DNA of 64,000 nucleotides from the NCBI GenBank assembly GCA_965237675.1, contig OZ250150.1, forward strand, positions 5,280,001-5,344,000. Direction: 5' to 3'. The stretch comes from Candidatus Latescibacterota bacterium (GTDB taxonomy: Bacteria; Latescibacterota; UBA2968; GCA-2709665). The position numbers were made by a program, and so were the translations under genes. Shown here piece by piece: positions 20,990 to 31,726 of this stretch. Each line of letters opens with the position of its first letter. Position 1 is the first letter of the stretch. The notes under the pieces are model-generated. The model made no database searches. It was not told the DNA's origin and saw only the letters and a program-made list of their open reading frames with translations.

Positions 20990-22126
20990 ATGAATCCACT
21001 TGAAGAACGGTTGAACAGATTAGAGATGCGCGTTACTCGGTATCGCAATTTCAATGTCTTGTTGTGTCTCCTGCTGGTAACCGTTGTCACGGTTGCCGCA
21101 AGAGAGGGCGTATCTCCATTTCAGGCGAAGTCAAACCCTGAATCGATCCCGATGCCTGAAGGCGACGTGCGAATTCCTGATTTACCGGACCGTGGCATAG
21201 ATGCTGTAATGCATCCGCAGGTACGGAGCGCGGGGAAAATGGCTGCGCAGACGCAGGGTGTGATTCGCGCGACAGGACTAGAGATCGTAAACAGCGATGG
21301 ACAAGCGGTTGTTGAACTGGGGCCCAGCACCGCGGGTGGTGGGCTTATCTTCGTCAATTCAGCGGAAGACAAGAACCTGGTTTATATTGGATCGTCAGTG
21401 TCGAACGGCAATGGATTAATTCACGTCAACTCGACAAATGAAAAGAACCTGGTTGCTTTGGGTTCAGATTCCGAAACAGGAGACGGGCAGATTGCCATTA
21501 GAAATAGAAACGAAGAGCGTTTGATCAGTTTGAACACTGGCGAGAGATCTGGCACGATAAGAATAAAAAAAACCGGAAATGAAGATTTGGCCTTTCTGGG
21601 TGCCAGCACTTCAGGTCACGGGCTTCTGAATCTGAGTAACAATTCGGGAAAAGACATGGTGTCAATGTATGCTGGTGAAATTGCTGGCAATCTGTGGCTC
21701 TCGAATAACAACGACAAGACGATTGCTCGCATCGGAGCATATTCCGGTGGAGACGGGTTCTTGAAAATCAACTCCAAAACTGGTACGGAACTTATTACAG
21801 CAGGTTCAAACGTCGAAGATGATGGACTACTCAGGGTAAGCAATCGCTATGGTACTCTCGGTTTTTTCGTCGTTAGTACTGACGTACATGGTTATGTCGG
21901 AATTCAGGATAACCAGGAGAGATTGCTTGCAGACCTGACAGCGACGCAGGGCGGCGATGGGCTTGTTCGCACGTTGTCCAGGCAGGGTATCACGACCTGG
22001 TCCAGCGCTTCTGTTCAAGGCAGCACAGGGTCGACGTCCTCTTTGAGGGGTGATATGGACAATGATGGCGATATTGATGGCGATGATTTCCTTATCTTCT
22101 CTGAACACTTCGGCACGAAAAAATAA
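20990..22126 (+). CDS. Membrane-anchored beta-repeat protein with EF-hand/dockerin-like tag (paralogue of the upstream gene)
   Basis: LEERLNRLE plus TM segment; repeats G.G.I.VN....K.LV..G; C-terminal GDMDNDGDIDGDDFLIFSEHFG. Confidence 0.85.
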   Translation: MNPLEERLNRLEMRVTRYRNFNVLLCLLLVTVVTVAAREGVSPFQAKSNPESIPMPEGDVRIPDLPDRGIDAVMHPQVRSAGKMAAQTQGVIRATGLEIVNSDGQAVVELGPSTAGGGLIFVNSAEDKNLVYIGSSVSNGNGLIHVNSTNEKNLVALGSDSETGDGQIAIRNRNEERLISLNTGERSGTIRIKKTGNEDLAFLGASTSGHGLLNLSNNSGKDMVSMYAGEIAGNLWLSNNNDKTIARIGAYSGGDGFLKINSKTGTELITAGSNVEDDGLLRVSNRYGTLGFFVVSTDVHGYVGIQDNQERLLADLTATQGGDGLVRTLSRQGITTWSSASVQGSTGSTSSLRGDMDNDGDIDGDDFLIFSEHFGTKK

Positions 22127-22129
22127 GCA

Positions 22130-25036
22130 ATGAATCTCTTTCCGAAATCTGCAGGAAGCCGTCTTGTTGTCCCTGCTTTCGTCCTCATTTGTTGTAGCGG
22201 CGTTGCTATTGGAGCGCCGCCGATTGAGTACGTCAAGGAACAGCACCCGCCGAAACTGGAAGGCGTACTTGCCCGGATTCAGAAGAATTGGACGGCACAA
22301 AAACGAGCGCTGGCCAAGACGACGGCGAAACAATATGGCGCTTCAAAAATCATCGGCGAAAACATCACCGTTGTATTGGAGCCTCGCCATGGAAGGCTCT
22401 CGGAAAGTATCGACTTTGCGGCACTGTCCAACATTGGCGTTAGAATTGTCGCCCAATCGCGGCACCTGGTGGAGGTATCGGCGCCCATAGCTGAGCTTGC
22501 ACGAATCGCGCAGGTGGACGGCGTGCAATTTGTGAGATTGCCTATAAGGCCCAAATTACATGCCGTTGTCAGCGAGGGCGTGGAGCGCGTTAGTGCGCGA
22601 ATCTATTCAAATGAGGGATTTACGGGACGGGGAATAAAGGTCGGAGTCATTGACGCTGGATTTGTAGGGGTACCATCACTGCAGGATAGGGGAGAACTGC
22701 CCAATCTACATCCCTTTGACTTTACGGGTCAGGGAATCTTCCAAAGGGGTGACCTTTCTGAAAGTGAGAGTGTGCACGGGGCAGCCTGCGCTGAAATTGT
22801 GCACGATATCGCTCCAGATGCTGAAATCCACTTGTACAAGGTAGACAATCTGGTCAGTTGGGAAAACGCCAAGGACGCGGCAATTGAGGAGGGCCTCGAC
22901 ATTGTCACGGTATCGATGTCCTTCCCGGTAACGGGTTTTGGCGATGGCACGGGTCTTGCCTGTGAAATTGTTGATAATGCTTTTCAGAATAACGTCCTGT
23001 GGGTGAATTCTGCTGGAAATTATGCCCAAAAGCAAGTCTCAGTTCGATTAAGCGACCCGGATGGAAATGGTTTTCACAACTTTGATAAAGACAGTGAAAT
23101 CGTGGAATTAAAAAGGGTTCAGATAGGTAGGGAAGTCGAAGCATGGTTGACATGGAATGAATGGCCCCTGACGTCTCAAGACTATGACCTCCTGCTCTAT
23201 AAATTCGACACGAATGGCAGTACCGAGCTTGTTGCACAAGGTGACACGAAACAACGTCAGTCAAAACCCGTAGAACATCTTGTCTATACGATTACAGAAG
23301 CAGGATCCTATGGCTTTGCGATTTGGGGGGCATCTTCTGCCCGAGTTACTCTTTTTAAATTGATCAGTCTGAGCCACGATCTAGACGGACCTGTATCCAT
23401 TTCAGGATCCGTAAGCACGCCAGGGGACGCGCGAGGTGCGCTGACCGTGGGGGCATTGCATCATGATAAATGGACAAGAGGGCCTATTGCGGCGTACAGT
23501 TCCCAGGGTCCAACATTTGATGGGCGAATCAAACCCGATCTGGTTGCTCCTGCCGGTGTTCGCACCATAAGCTATGGCGCCAAAGAATTCAACGGAACAT
23601 CGGCGGCGACGCCTCACGTCGCGGGAGCGGCGGCGCTTTTGAAATCCTCCGATCCAGTGCATTATAATGCGCGGAATTTATATGACGCGCTCGTGCAGTC
23701 CACAGTCGATATGGGGGATCGGGGCGCCGATAACGTCTACGGCAATGGGCGATTGGACCTATCGCTGCTTCCCCCCGGTGGCAGACCCGTCATGAATCTT
23801 TCGCGTACAGTGCTCGATTTCGGCGCGGTCCTGTTGGGATCGTCACAGACCCTAAGGCTTGGGATCGTCAACACCGGTCAGGCGTCTCTGGTCATTACGA
23901 ATATCCAGTTGCCTTCCAGTGATTATGGCCTTTCTCAATCTTCCTACGCCGTAGCACCGGGTCGTAGCGAACGGATATCTGTCACTTTTTCTCCGCAAAG
24001 TGTGGGCGATAGATCCGGCGATATAACCATTTTGAGCAATTTGCCGCCGGCCACCGTAACACTGCGAGCCCAGGGCGTGAGCCAACCCGCTGTTCCGGTT
24101 CCGCAAATCTCGGTCGATTCTTCGAAGCGGGATTTCGGGGATGTCGAGGTCGGCAGTTCAAAGTCCATAACCGTCACGGTTACGAATTCTGGAGACGCTT
24201 CGCTGGCAATTACAGATATTTCCGCCAGCGATGAGCAGGTGAGTGTTTCGCCCAGACAGTTCACGATTCCAGCAAAGCAAAACGGCTATTTTACGCTTCA
24301 TTTCCAGCCAGACAGAGCGGAGGATTTGTCAGCGCGTGTGACCATTTACAGCAACGATTCCAAAACGCCATCAGTCAGTTTCCCCGTTGCCGGAAAGGGG
24401 CTTCGCTCCCAGAGTACGTCCTTTGCATTATCTCTTGTCGTCGACGCGCCAAAAGACCAGGATGTGTATTCCACGCCTTCGGATGGTATGATTGCTGTCG
24501 AAATTCATGGGCGGCAGGTTAAGGACGCGATAGGATTTCGAGCCTTGTTTGATTTTGACGCACCATCCCTGACTTACACGGGATTCGATATTGGCGACGG
24601 TATTCCAAACGGACACTCGCCAGGTCCATATTTTCATCCTACTTCCAATGAATCATCCGTTGAAGTGATGGCGGCGTCGTTTGGCGGGAAAATTCCAGAG
24701 CCGTCTGTAAAACTCGGCACCATACGTTTTTCCGCTGCGGACACTTTTCGGACAGGTGAAATTCGACTGCGTTACGCGCGCATCCGTCGGTCCAGTCTAT
24801 TTGAAGCGTTTGCCAATCCAATAGTATTGAGATTCTCACGACAAGGGGCACTGAACGCAGACTTCGACGGCGACGGTACAGTTGGATTTGGCGATTTCTT
24901 GCAGTTTGCCCAACAGTTCGGGCTAAGTCCAGGCGATGCGGGTTATGAAGCGCGGTTCGATTTGGATGGTAACGGCACGATCGGGTTCGGTGATTTTCTC
25001 ATCTTTGCCAACGCCTTCGGCGCCCAGGGATCATAA
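22130..25036 (+). CDS. Secreted S8 subtilase with two ASH/choice-of-anchor-D Ig-like domains, a cohesin-like domain and a double EF-hand dockerin-like domain
   Basis: Signal peptide; VGVIDAG, HGAAC, SAGN, GTSAATPHVAG triad motifs; LDFG.V...N.G...L.I repeats; DFDGDGTVGFGDF x2. Confidence 0.9.
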   Translation: MNLFPKSAGSRLVVPAFVLICCSGVAIGAPPIEYVKEQHPPKLEGVLARIQKNWTAQKRALAKTTAKQYGASKIIGENITVVLEPRHGRLSESIDFAALSNIGVRIVAQSRHLVEVSAPIAELARIAQVDGVQFVRLPIRPKLHAVVSEGVERVSARIYSNEGFTGRGIKVGVIDAGFVGVPSLQDRGELPNLHPFDFTGQGIFQRGDLSESESVHGAACAEIVHDIAPDAEIHLYKVDNLVSWENAKDAAIEEGLDIVTVSMSFPVTGFGDGTGLACEIVDNAFQNNVLWVNSAGNYAQKQVSVRLSDPDGNGFHNFDKDSEIVELKRVQIGREVEAWLTWNEWPLTSQDYDLLLYKFDTNGSTELVAQGDTKQRQSKPVEHLVYTITEAGSYGFAIWGASSARVTLFKLISLSHDLDGPVSISGSVSTPGDARGALTVGALHHDKWTRGPIAAYSSQGPTFDGRIKPDLVAPAGVRTISYGAKEFNGTSAATPHVAGAAALLKSSDPVHYNARNLYDALVQSTVDMGDRGADNVYGNGRLDLSLLPPGGRPVMNLSRTVLDFGAVLLGSSQTLRLGIVNTGQASLVITNIQLPSSDYGLSQSSYAVAPGRSERISVTFSPQSVGDRSGDITILSNLPPATVTLRAQGVSQPAVPVPQISVDSSKRDFGDVEVGSSKSITVTVTNSGDASLAITDISASDEQVSVSPRQFTIPAKQNGYFTLHFQPDRAEDLSARVTIYSNDSKTPSVSFPVAGKGLRSQSTSFALSLVVDAPKDQDVYSTPSDGMIAVEIHGRQVKDAIGFRALFDFDAPSLTYTGFDIGDGIPNGHSPGPYFHPTSNESSVEVMAASFGGKIPEPSVKLGTIRFSAADTFRTGEIRLRYARIRRSSLFEAFANPIVLRFSRQGALNADFDGDGTVGFGDFLQFAQQFGLSPGDAGYEARFDLDGNGTIGFGDFLIFANAFGAQGS

Positions 25037-25072
25037 AATTGAAACGGGATTCCGACCTTGCACTGCGCCGGC

Positions 25073-25172
25073 CCTGAGCATGTCGAAGGGTGGCGGAACG
25101 CGGGCGCTTCGACAGCCTCACACCCGGTTGTCGACCCCTCCCCCGGCCCCTCCCCGGTGCGGGGAGGGGAGG
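25073..25172. repeat. REP/MITE-like palindromic elements (CCTGAGCATGTCGAAG...CTTCGACAGCCTCA and CCCTCCCC...GGGGAGGG types)
   Basis: Imperfect inverted repeats; related half-sites recur at about 32119 (CTTCGACAAGCTCAG) and 31791. Confidence 0.55.
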
Positions 25173-25423
25173 TATTATAGCGTACGTCGACGGCTAAAAG
25201 TCAGGATGATGTTGAAGGATTGTGCCGGTCTGCCTCCTTGCGCGCAACGCGCAGGCGGGCTGGAGAAACGGTTTTCGGGTGACTTGCACCCACTAAAGAT
25301 CCGCGCCCTTTCACGGCGCACTGAATGAGTCAGACTATATAATAACCCCAGAATGCTTCCGCACTTCGTCACTGAATTTCCGGTGCGCTCCGAAGAGTTC
25401 CGTTAAGGTCAGCTGATTCGTCC

Positions 25424-26695
25424 ATGTCCCAACGATCCGAAGGCCCCTCCGAAACCCCACCCCGATTTCACGGCGCTCTTGCGCCGCTGAACAACCCCGA
25501 CTATCGCCGGCTGCTGGCCAGTAACGCCCTCTGGTGGCAGTTCATGTGGATGGAAATCATCGTGGCCGGCTGGCTGGTCCTGGAACTGACCAACTCGGCC
25601 TGGCAGGTGTCGCTTATCGGTTTCTACCGCATGGCCCCGCTGCTGGTGTTCGGCTTTGTTTCCGGGCCCCTCACGGACCGGTTCGGCCGCCGGAAGATTA
25701 TTATCTTCTCCCAGGCCGTCAACCTTGTTGTATCCCTCCTGATCGCCCTGATTATCCTCGCCGATCGCCTGGCCGTGTGGCATCTGGCCGTCGGCGCGCT
25801 GGTCATGGGTACGACCTGGGCGGCGGATTGGACCGCCCGAAGGTCGTTGCTGCCGGACCTGGTCGGCAAAGCCCGAACCATGGACGCCATGCTCCTGGAA
25901 GGAGTTTCCCAAAACATCACCCGCGTTGCCGGGCCCTTTTCCAGCGGCGCCCTTTACGCAACCCTGGAACCCTTTGGCTGTTATCTGATTCTGACCGGGA
26001 TCGCCCTGGCTTCCCTACTGATCCTCGTGCGACTCTCCAGACAACCCGTCTTCGAAAGAACACCGACAGACGCGTCCCACTGGACGCGGACGGTGGAAGG
26101 GCTCCGCTATATCCGCCGGAACCCGTCGATTCTGGGTGTTATGCTCATTACCATTGCCATGAACATCCTGGTCTTTCCCTACCAGACCCTGTTGCCGGTG
26201 TTTGCAAGGGATATCCTGGATCAGGGCCCTGTCGGCTTCGGCGTGCTGGCTTCCGCCAACGGAGTCGGCGCGTTCGCCGGCCTCTGGATTGTGAGCAGGC
26301 TCCGCCGCTATGTCAGGATAAGCTGGCTCTACGCGGCCGGCTCGTTTCTGATGGCCGCCGCCGTGGTTTTATTTTCAATGTCCGCCGACTTCTATCTTTC
26401 CCTGGGCCTTCTCATCCTGTCAGGCATCGGCCACGCGGCCTTCGGTCTTCTCCAAAGCACCATCGTCCTGCTCTCGGCACGGGACGACATGCGAAGTCGC
26501 GCCATGGGAGGCATCGTGCTCGCTATCGGCACGGGTCCCCCGGGCCGCCTGAGCACGGGCGCGCTGGCCGAACGCTTCGGCGCGCCATTCGCCGTGGGGC
26601 TTACGTGCGCCACCGCCGCCCTTTGCGTGATTGTGATCACGCTTGCTATCAGCGGTTTTCGCAACGCTTCCGTGGCACGGGAAGCGCGCGCATAG
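25424..26695 (+). CDS. MFS transporter (DHA3/transmembrane secretion effector-like)
   Basis: About 12 hydrophobic segments, GPLTDRFGRRK motif A, EGLRYIRRNP. Confidence 0.9.
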   Translation: MSQRSEGPSETPPRFHGALAPLNNPDYRRLLASNALWWQFMWMEIIVAGWLVLELTNSAWQVSLIGFYRMAPLLVFGFVSGPLTDRFGRRKIIIFSQAVNLVVSLLIALIILADRLAVWHLAVGALVMGTTWAADWTARRSLLPDLVGKARTMDAMLLEGVSQNITRVAGPFSSGALYATLEPFGCYLILTGIALASLLILVRLSRQPVFERTPTDASHWTRTVEGLRYIRRNPSILGVMLITIAMNILVFPYQTLLPVFARDILDQGPVGFGVLASANGVGAFAGLWIVSRLRRYVRISWLYAAGSFLMAAAVVLFSMSADFYLSLGLLILSGIGHAAFGLLQSTIVLLSARDDMRSRAMGGIVLAIGTGPPGRLSTGALAERFGAPFAVGLTCATAALCVIVITLAISGFRNASVAREARA

Positions 26696-26784
26696 AAAAC
26701 CGCCCCGGCGAAGCGGTCTTCTCACAGTCTCCGCTCTTATCGACAGGGCAGGAAACTCTCGGACGCGCGGGACGACCCACGCGT

Positions 26785-27774
26785 CTATAATGCCAGAATC
26801 CGCTCAATCTCCTCCCTGAGGGATCCCTCCAGCCTGGGGCCGTACTGCGCCACCACCCGCATCGACGCGAAATTCGCAAGTTTTGCCGATCCGGCCGCGT
26901 CGAACCCGTGGGTGATTCCGAACAGATAGGCCCCGGAGAACATATCCCCCGCGCCGTTGGTATCCACCGCGTCCACGCTGAAACCCTGCGAGCGGAACCG
27001 TTCGCCTCCGTCCCACACAATGGCGCCATCGGCCCCGCAGGTCACCGCGTATGCGCCCACCATCGATTCCAGAACGCCGCAGGCATCGTCGGTTTCACTT
27101 GTTCCTGTAAACGCCCGTGCTTCGTCTTCATTGCAAAACAACATATCCACGCCGGCGGACACCAGCGCCCGCATCCGGTCCCGGAAGGCAGCGACGATGA
27201 GCGGGTCGCTCAGCGACAGTGACACCCGGGTTCCCCGTGCGTGTGCCTTGGCCTGGGCAGCCAGCGCCGCGGCGAAGCCCTCGTCGGACGCGATCAGATA
27301 CCCTTCAATATACAGATAGTCGCTTTGCCCGATCACCTCGGGCTCGAGTTGCTCCACGCCGAACGTTCCGGTAATGCCCAGGTACGTATTCATGGTGCGA
27401 TCGGCGTCGGCCGTGATCATGACCAGGCACTTGCCTGTGATTCCGTCGCCCTGAAACCGGTTGGAAGCCACTCCTGCCGCCGCCAGATCCCTCAGATAGA
27501 AATCTCCGTACATATCCTTCGCCACCTTACAGGCATAATATGCCCTTCCACCCAGATTTGCGACGCCGATCATGGTATTCGCAGCCGACCCGCCCGACGA
27601 ACGCTTCAAAACGTCATCGCCAAGGCGTTCAAGGAGTTCGTGATGCCGGTCCTCTCCGATCAACGTCATCACGCCCTTCTCTATGCCCGCCGCCGCGAGA
27701 AAGTCGGGCGTTACCCGATACTGAATATCCACCAGCGCATTGCCGATACCGTACACACTAAACGCCCTGCCCAT
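26785..27774 (-). CDS. PfkB family adenosine/carbohydrate kinase
   Basis: GIGNALVD, GGSAANT, RTMNTYLG, FCNEDEA, DTNGAGD. Confidence 0.92.
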   Translation of the reverse strand: MGRAFSVYGIGNALVDIQYRVTPDFLAAAGIEKGVMTLIGEDRHHELLERLGDDVLKRSSGGSAANTMIGVANLGGRAYYACKVAKDMYGDFYLRDLAAAGVASNRFQGDGITGKCLVMITADADRTMNTYLGITGTFGVEQLEPEVIGQSDYLYIEGYLIASDEGFAAALAAQAKAHARGTRVSLSLSDPLIVAAFRDRMRALVSAGVDMLFCNEDEARAFTGTSETDDACGVLESMVGAYAVTCGADGAIVWDGGERFRSQGFSVDAVDTNGAGDMFSGAYLFGITHGFDAAGSAKLANFASMRVVAQYGPRLEGSLREEIERILAL

Positions 27775-28047
27775 ACGCGCTCCTTGCAAAATCGGTTGAA
27801 TTCCTTATTATAACACCATTTATGGGTTCCACGGTCCCAACGGTCCGTAAGCCCGAGACCGACGTACACGAGCAAGGCAGTACCTGGGTGTTCAACGAAA
27901 ACCGGTCGTGGCGGCCGATCCGCCAGGGCACCGGTCTCTGCAACCGGACCCCGGGACTCCCGAGTGACAATATATCGATTATTAGCCATTCACAGAGTAG
28001 CTTTACACACCTGGCCGGTCTTGCCGGTATTCGCAAAGGATTCGGAT

Positions 28048-28818
28048 TTGAGCACAACCATTACCTGCAACGTGCGGGAACAAGCCATCCTTATTGACGT
28101 TGAAACAGATGTTAAAAACGAGGGCTCGCGCAACCACGAACTGTGGCGGGCGAACACCTTCAATGAGAAAGAGCCCGATACACTGGACTGGATTGACACC
28201 AGTTTCCAACCCGGCGAGACGATTTACGACATCGGCGCGAATATCGGCCAATACTCCCTTTACGCGGCTCGTAAACTGAAGGGCCGGGCCCGGATCTTCG
28301 CCTTTGAACCGGAAGCCCTGAACCAGGCCAAACTGAACAGGAACATCCTGCTCAACGACCTGGGGAAGGTTGTCACGGCCTACCCCATCGCCTTATCCGA
28401 TCGGACGGCCATCCAGCACTTCTATTCCAAAACCTTCGCCCCGGGGGCCGCGCTCCATGCCCTGGGCGAACCCGTTACCCAGGGCGCCGTGCCCTTCGCG
28501 CCGCAGAACCGCCAGGGGACGATGGCCGTATCGCTGGACGACCTCACCGGTCGATTCGGCTTGCCGTTTCCCGACCACGTTAAAATCGACGTCGACGGCA
28601 TCGAAGACAAGATCGTCGCCGGCGCATCCCGAACCCTTGAAGATCCCAGATTGAAGAGCGTGCTTATCGAAGTTTACATGTTCGGAGACATGGCCCAAAA
28701 AATCGAAGCCGCCTTTTTCAATCGCGGATTCTCCCTTGCCAACGCCGGACCCGTCGACTACACGGAAGGCATCGTTCAGAATCTGATCTTCAAGCGACGG
28801 CCGCACCCATCACTGTGA
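28048..28818 (+). CDS. FkbM family SAM-dependent methyltransferase
   Basis: KEPDT..WI, YDIGANIG, FEPE, KIDVDGIE; TTG start with AAAGGA RBS (ORF open from 27964). Confidence 0.88.
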   Translation: MSTTITCNVREQAILIDVETDVKNEGSRNHELWRANTFNEKEPDTLDWIDTSFQPGETIYDIGANIGQYSLYAARKLKGRARIFAFEPEALNQAKLNRNILLNDLGKVVTAYPIALSDRTAIQHFYSKTFAPGAALHALGEPVTQGAVPFAPQNRQGTMAVSLDDLTGRFGLPFPDHVKIDVDGIEDKIVAGASRTLEDPRLKSVLIEVYMFGDMAQKIEAAFFNRGFSLANAGPVDYTEGIVQNLIFKRRPHPSL

Positions 28819-28832
28819 ATTGAGACGATACC

Positions 28833-30107
28833 ATGTCCGTTTTTGAGATAGACGATCTGGAACGCCGGCGAGGGCGTGCGACCCGCGCCCTTGGAGACGA
28901 CACGCCGATTGTGCTCTTCGGCGCGGGAACGCCCGTTCCCAAACCCGGCGGGCAGGACCAGACCTATCCGTTCATTCCCTATCCCGAATATTACTGGCTC
29001 ACCGGTTCGAGGCGATGGGGCGGCGTGCTTGCCTACGATCCCCGGGACGGCTGGAAACACTTCGTACGTCCGGTTTCACAAAGCGAACGCCTGTGGGAAG
29101 GTGGTGTCGAAGCGGTCGAAGGCGAGGACGTCGCGGAACTCCCCGGTTGGCTGGAAAAACGCACCGGCCGCCCCATTGCGGTCATTGGCGCGCCGGTGGA
29201 AAATGTCGACAACGATCCTCAACTGGCGACGACGCTGCAGACATCCATGGACGAAATCCGCCGCCACAAGGACCACGCCGAAATCGAACTGATCGAACGC
29301 GCGGCCGCAGCAACCGCGGCCGGCCATGCGAGAGCCCGCGAAGCCATCCGTCCCGGCATCTGCGAACGCCGCATCCGCGTTGAACTCGAAGCCGAAATGT
29401 ACCGGCACGGCGCCGACGACGTCGCCTTCGACACCATCGTCGCCGCGGGAACTCACGCGGCCGTGCTCCACTTCGAACCCGGCGCCCGGATTGTGGAACC
29501 GGACGACCTCGTACTCATCGACGCCGGCGCGGCCATCTCAGGCTATGCGGCCGACGTCACCCGCACCTATCCCGCCGGAGACCGTTTCACGCCCAGACAG
29601 CAGGCCATCTACGAACTTGTCCTTGCCGCCCAGCGAGAGGCCATCTCGACGTGCCGGAAAGGCGTTGAATGGCACGAAGTACACCGCACCGCGGCCGGCG
29701 TCATCGCCCTCGGCCTGCGCGATCTGGGCATTCTCAGAGGAAACCGGGACGACCTCCTCGACTCCGGCGCCGTTGCGCTCTTCCTGCCCCATGGCATCGG
29801 CCACATGGTCGGCCTGGGCGTACGGGACGTGGGGGGCCGGGCAGAGGGCCGCGATGTCAGCGTCCATTGCGGCATCCGGATGCGTTTGGACTTGCCCCTG
29901 GAGGAGAACTTCATGATGACCGTCGAGCCCGGTATCTACTTCGTGGCTGCTCTGCTCGACGATCCCGCGCAACGCGATCGCTTTGCCGGCATGGTGGCCT
30001 GGGACGCGCTCGAATCCTGGCGGCCCGTCGGCGGCGTCCGCATCGAGGACAATGTTCTCGTGACCGCCGCGGGCCCCCGAATCATGACCGCCGACATCCC
30101 CAAGTGA
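28833..30107 (+). CDS. Xaa-Pro aminopeptidase (M24B)
   Basis: AVLH, LIDAG, ADVTRTY, PHGIGHMVGL.V.D, TVEPGIY, GVRIEDNV. Confidence 0.92.
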   Translation: MSVFEIDDLERRRGRATRALGDDTPIVLFGAGTPVPKPGGQDQTYPFIPYPEYYWLTGSRRWGGVLAYDPRDGWKHFVRPVSQSERLWEGGVEAVEGEDVAELPGWLEKRTGRPIAVIGAPVENVDNDPQLATTLQTSMDEIRRHKDHAEIELIERAAAATAAGHARAREAIRPGICERRIRVELEAEMYRHGADDVAFDTIVAAGTHAAVLHFEPGARIVEPDDLVLIDAGAAISGYAADVTRTYPAGDRFTPRQQAIYELVLAAQREAISTCRKGVEWHEVHRTAAGVIALGLRDLGILRGNRDDLLDSGAVALFLPHGIGHMVGLGVRDVGGRAEGRDVSVHCGIRMRLDLPLEENFMMTVEPGIYFVAALLDDPAQRDRFAGMVAWDALESWRPVGGVRIEDNVLVTAAGPRIMTADIPK

Positions 30108-30185
30108 TCCCTGAGGACGCGCCGGGAGGGGCGGACCGGAGACCGGCGTCCCACCAGAGCGACTCGCACAAAGGTCGAAAGGACC

Positions 30186-31550
30186 ATGGCTGATCCACCT
30201 CCTGCCGTCAGATCTTGCGCCCCCGGACCACGCGGCCTCCCGCTTCTGGGATGCGTCCTTCCGTTCCGGAAGGATCCGCTCGGATATCTCGTGGATGCCT
30301 GGACCCGGTACGGCGACGTGGTCCGGCTCAACCTCAGGGGAAAGACGGTGCACCTGGTCACCCGGCCGGAGCACGTCGAACACGTGCTCGTACACAGGAG
30401 GCGCACCTATTTCAAGGGCTACGGATACGACGATCAGAAGCTGCTGCTGGGCGAAGGTCTGATTACGAGCGAGGGAGAACTCTGGGAGCGCCAACACCGG
30501 ATCATGCAGCCTTTCTTCACGCCCAGGGGCACAACGCGATTCATCAATGCAATGGTGAACGCGATCCGCGACATGCTCGCGCGTTGGGAGCCTCTTGCGG
30601 ACAGTACGCGTGTAATTCAGGTTGACAAGGAGATGGCGCGCCTTACGGGGAACATCATCGTTCGTATCCTGTTCAGCCGGGATCTGAACGACGAGACATC
30701 GCGGATTGACGAGGCGTTCCAGTACTGCGTGGGGTTCATCGACCGGCGTTCCGCGGATCTGATCGCGTTGCCCATGTTCGTCCCCACGCCTGCCAATCGG
30801 CGGTTCAAACAATGCCTGAATGCCATCCACCGGTACATCGACGAGCGCATCGACGAGCGGCGCGGCCATCCGGCCGAGGATGATCTGCTTTCGGTTATGA
30901 TGACGGCCCGCGACGAGGCGACGGACGAGCGCATGGATCGGCGCCAACTGCGGGATGAATTGGTGACGCTTTTTGTCGCCGGATATCAGACGACGATGCA
31001 TGCCCTCACCTGGACTTGGTACCTGCTGGATCGACATCGGGATGTCGCCGGCAGGCTGTGGGAGGAGCAGCGTTCAGTACTGAAGGGTCGTCTGCCCACC
31101 ATCAGGACTGTCCACGACCTTCACTACGCCCGAATGGTGTTTCAGGAAGCGATGCGCCTTTACCCGCCGATCAAGGTGATCGTCCGTGAAACCGCGGCGG
31201 CCGACGAGATTGACGGGTACGATATACCCGCGGGGTCGCTCGTGCTCGTAAGTCCCTATATCACGCAACGCCACCCGGCGCTCTGGGAGCATCCGGAGAC
31301 GTTTGACCCCGAACGATTCACCCCGGAGCAGACCGAACAACGCTCCCGCTACGCATACCTGCCCTTCAGCGCCGGACCCCGGATCTGCCTCGGCGGCAAT
31401 TTTGCAATGCTGGAAGCCGCGCTGGTCCTGGCGATGGTGATCCGTCAATACAGGCTTCAGCTTGTTCCGGGACATCCGGTCGTACCGTCCATGGAGGTGA
31501 AGACCTGGCCGCTTTACGGGATGCCGATGACAGTACACAGGCGTAAGTAG
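30186..31550 (+). CDS. Cytochrome P450
   Basis: AGYQTT I-helix, EAMRLYPP, FDPERF, PFSAGPRICLG heme-Cys motif. Confidence 0.95.
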   Translation: MADPPPAVRSCAPGPRGLPLLGCVLPFRKDPLGYLVDAWTRYGDVVRLNLRGKTVHLVTRPEHVEHVLVHRRRTYFKGYGYDDQKLLLGEGLITSEGELWERQHRIMQPFFTPRGTTRFINAMVNAIRDMLARWEPLADSTRVIQVDKEMARLTGNIIVRILFSRDLNDETSRIDEAFQYCVGFIDRRSADLIALPMFVPTPANRRFKQCLNAIHRYIDERIDERRGHPAEDDLLSVMMTARDEATDERMDRRQLRDELVTLFVAGYQTTMHALTWTWYLLDRHRDVAGRLWEEQRSVLKGRLPTIRTVHDLHYARMVFQEAMRLYPPIKVIVRETAAADEIDGYDIPAGSLVLVSPYITQRHPALWEHPETFDPERFTPEQTEQRSRYAYLPFSAGPRICLGGNFAMLEAALVLAMVIRQYRLQLVPGHPVVPSMEVKTWPLYGMPMTVHRRK

Positions 31551-31726
31551 ACATCAACCCTGGTTAAAACCCGCGACGCGCGCGCGCGCCTGGATCACCT
31601 TCCCCTGGCCGAAGGCGAGTGCATCTGTGTCGCCAGCGTGCCCCCCGCCGAAACGTACCCCTCCCGTTCTAGTGTTCTGACCCGGAAATAGATTGCCTGA
31701 ATTCGGCCGTCCAGAAGCAGCAAAAA

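Noticed and set aside
27800-27963. Possible riboswitch or small ORF upstream of FkbM
   Set aside because: No recognisable aptamer consensus or coding motif.
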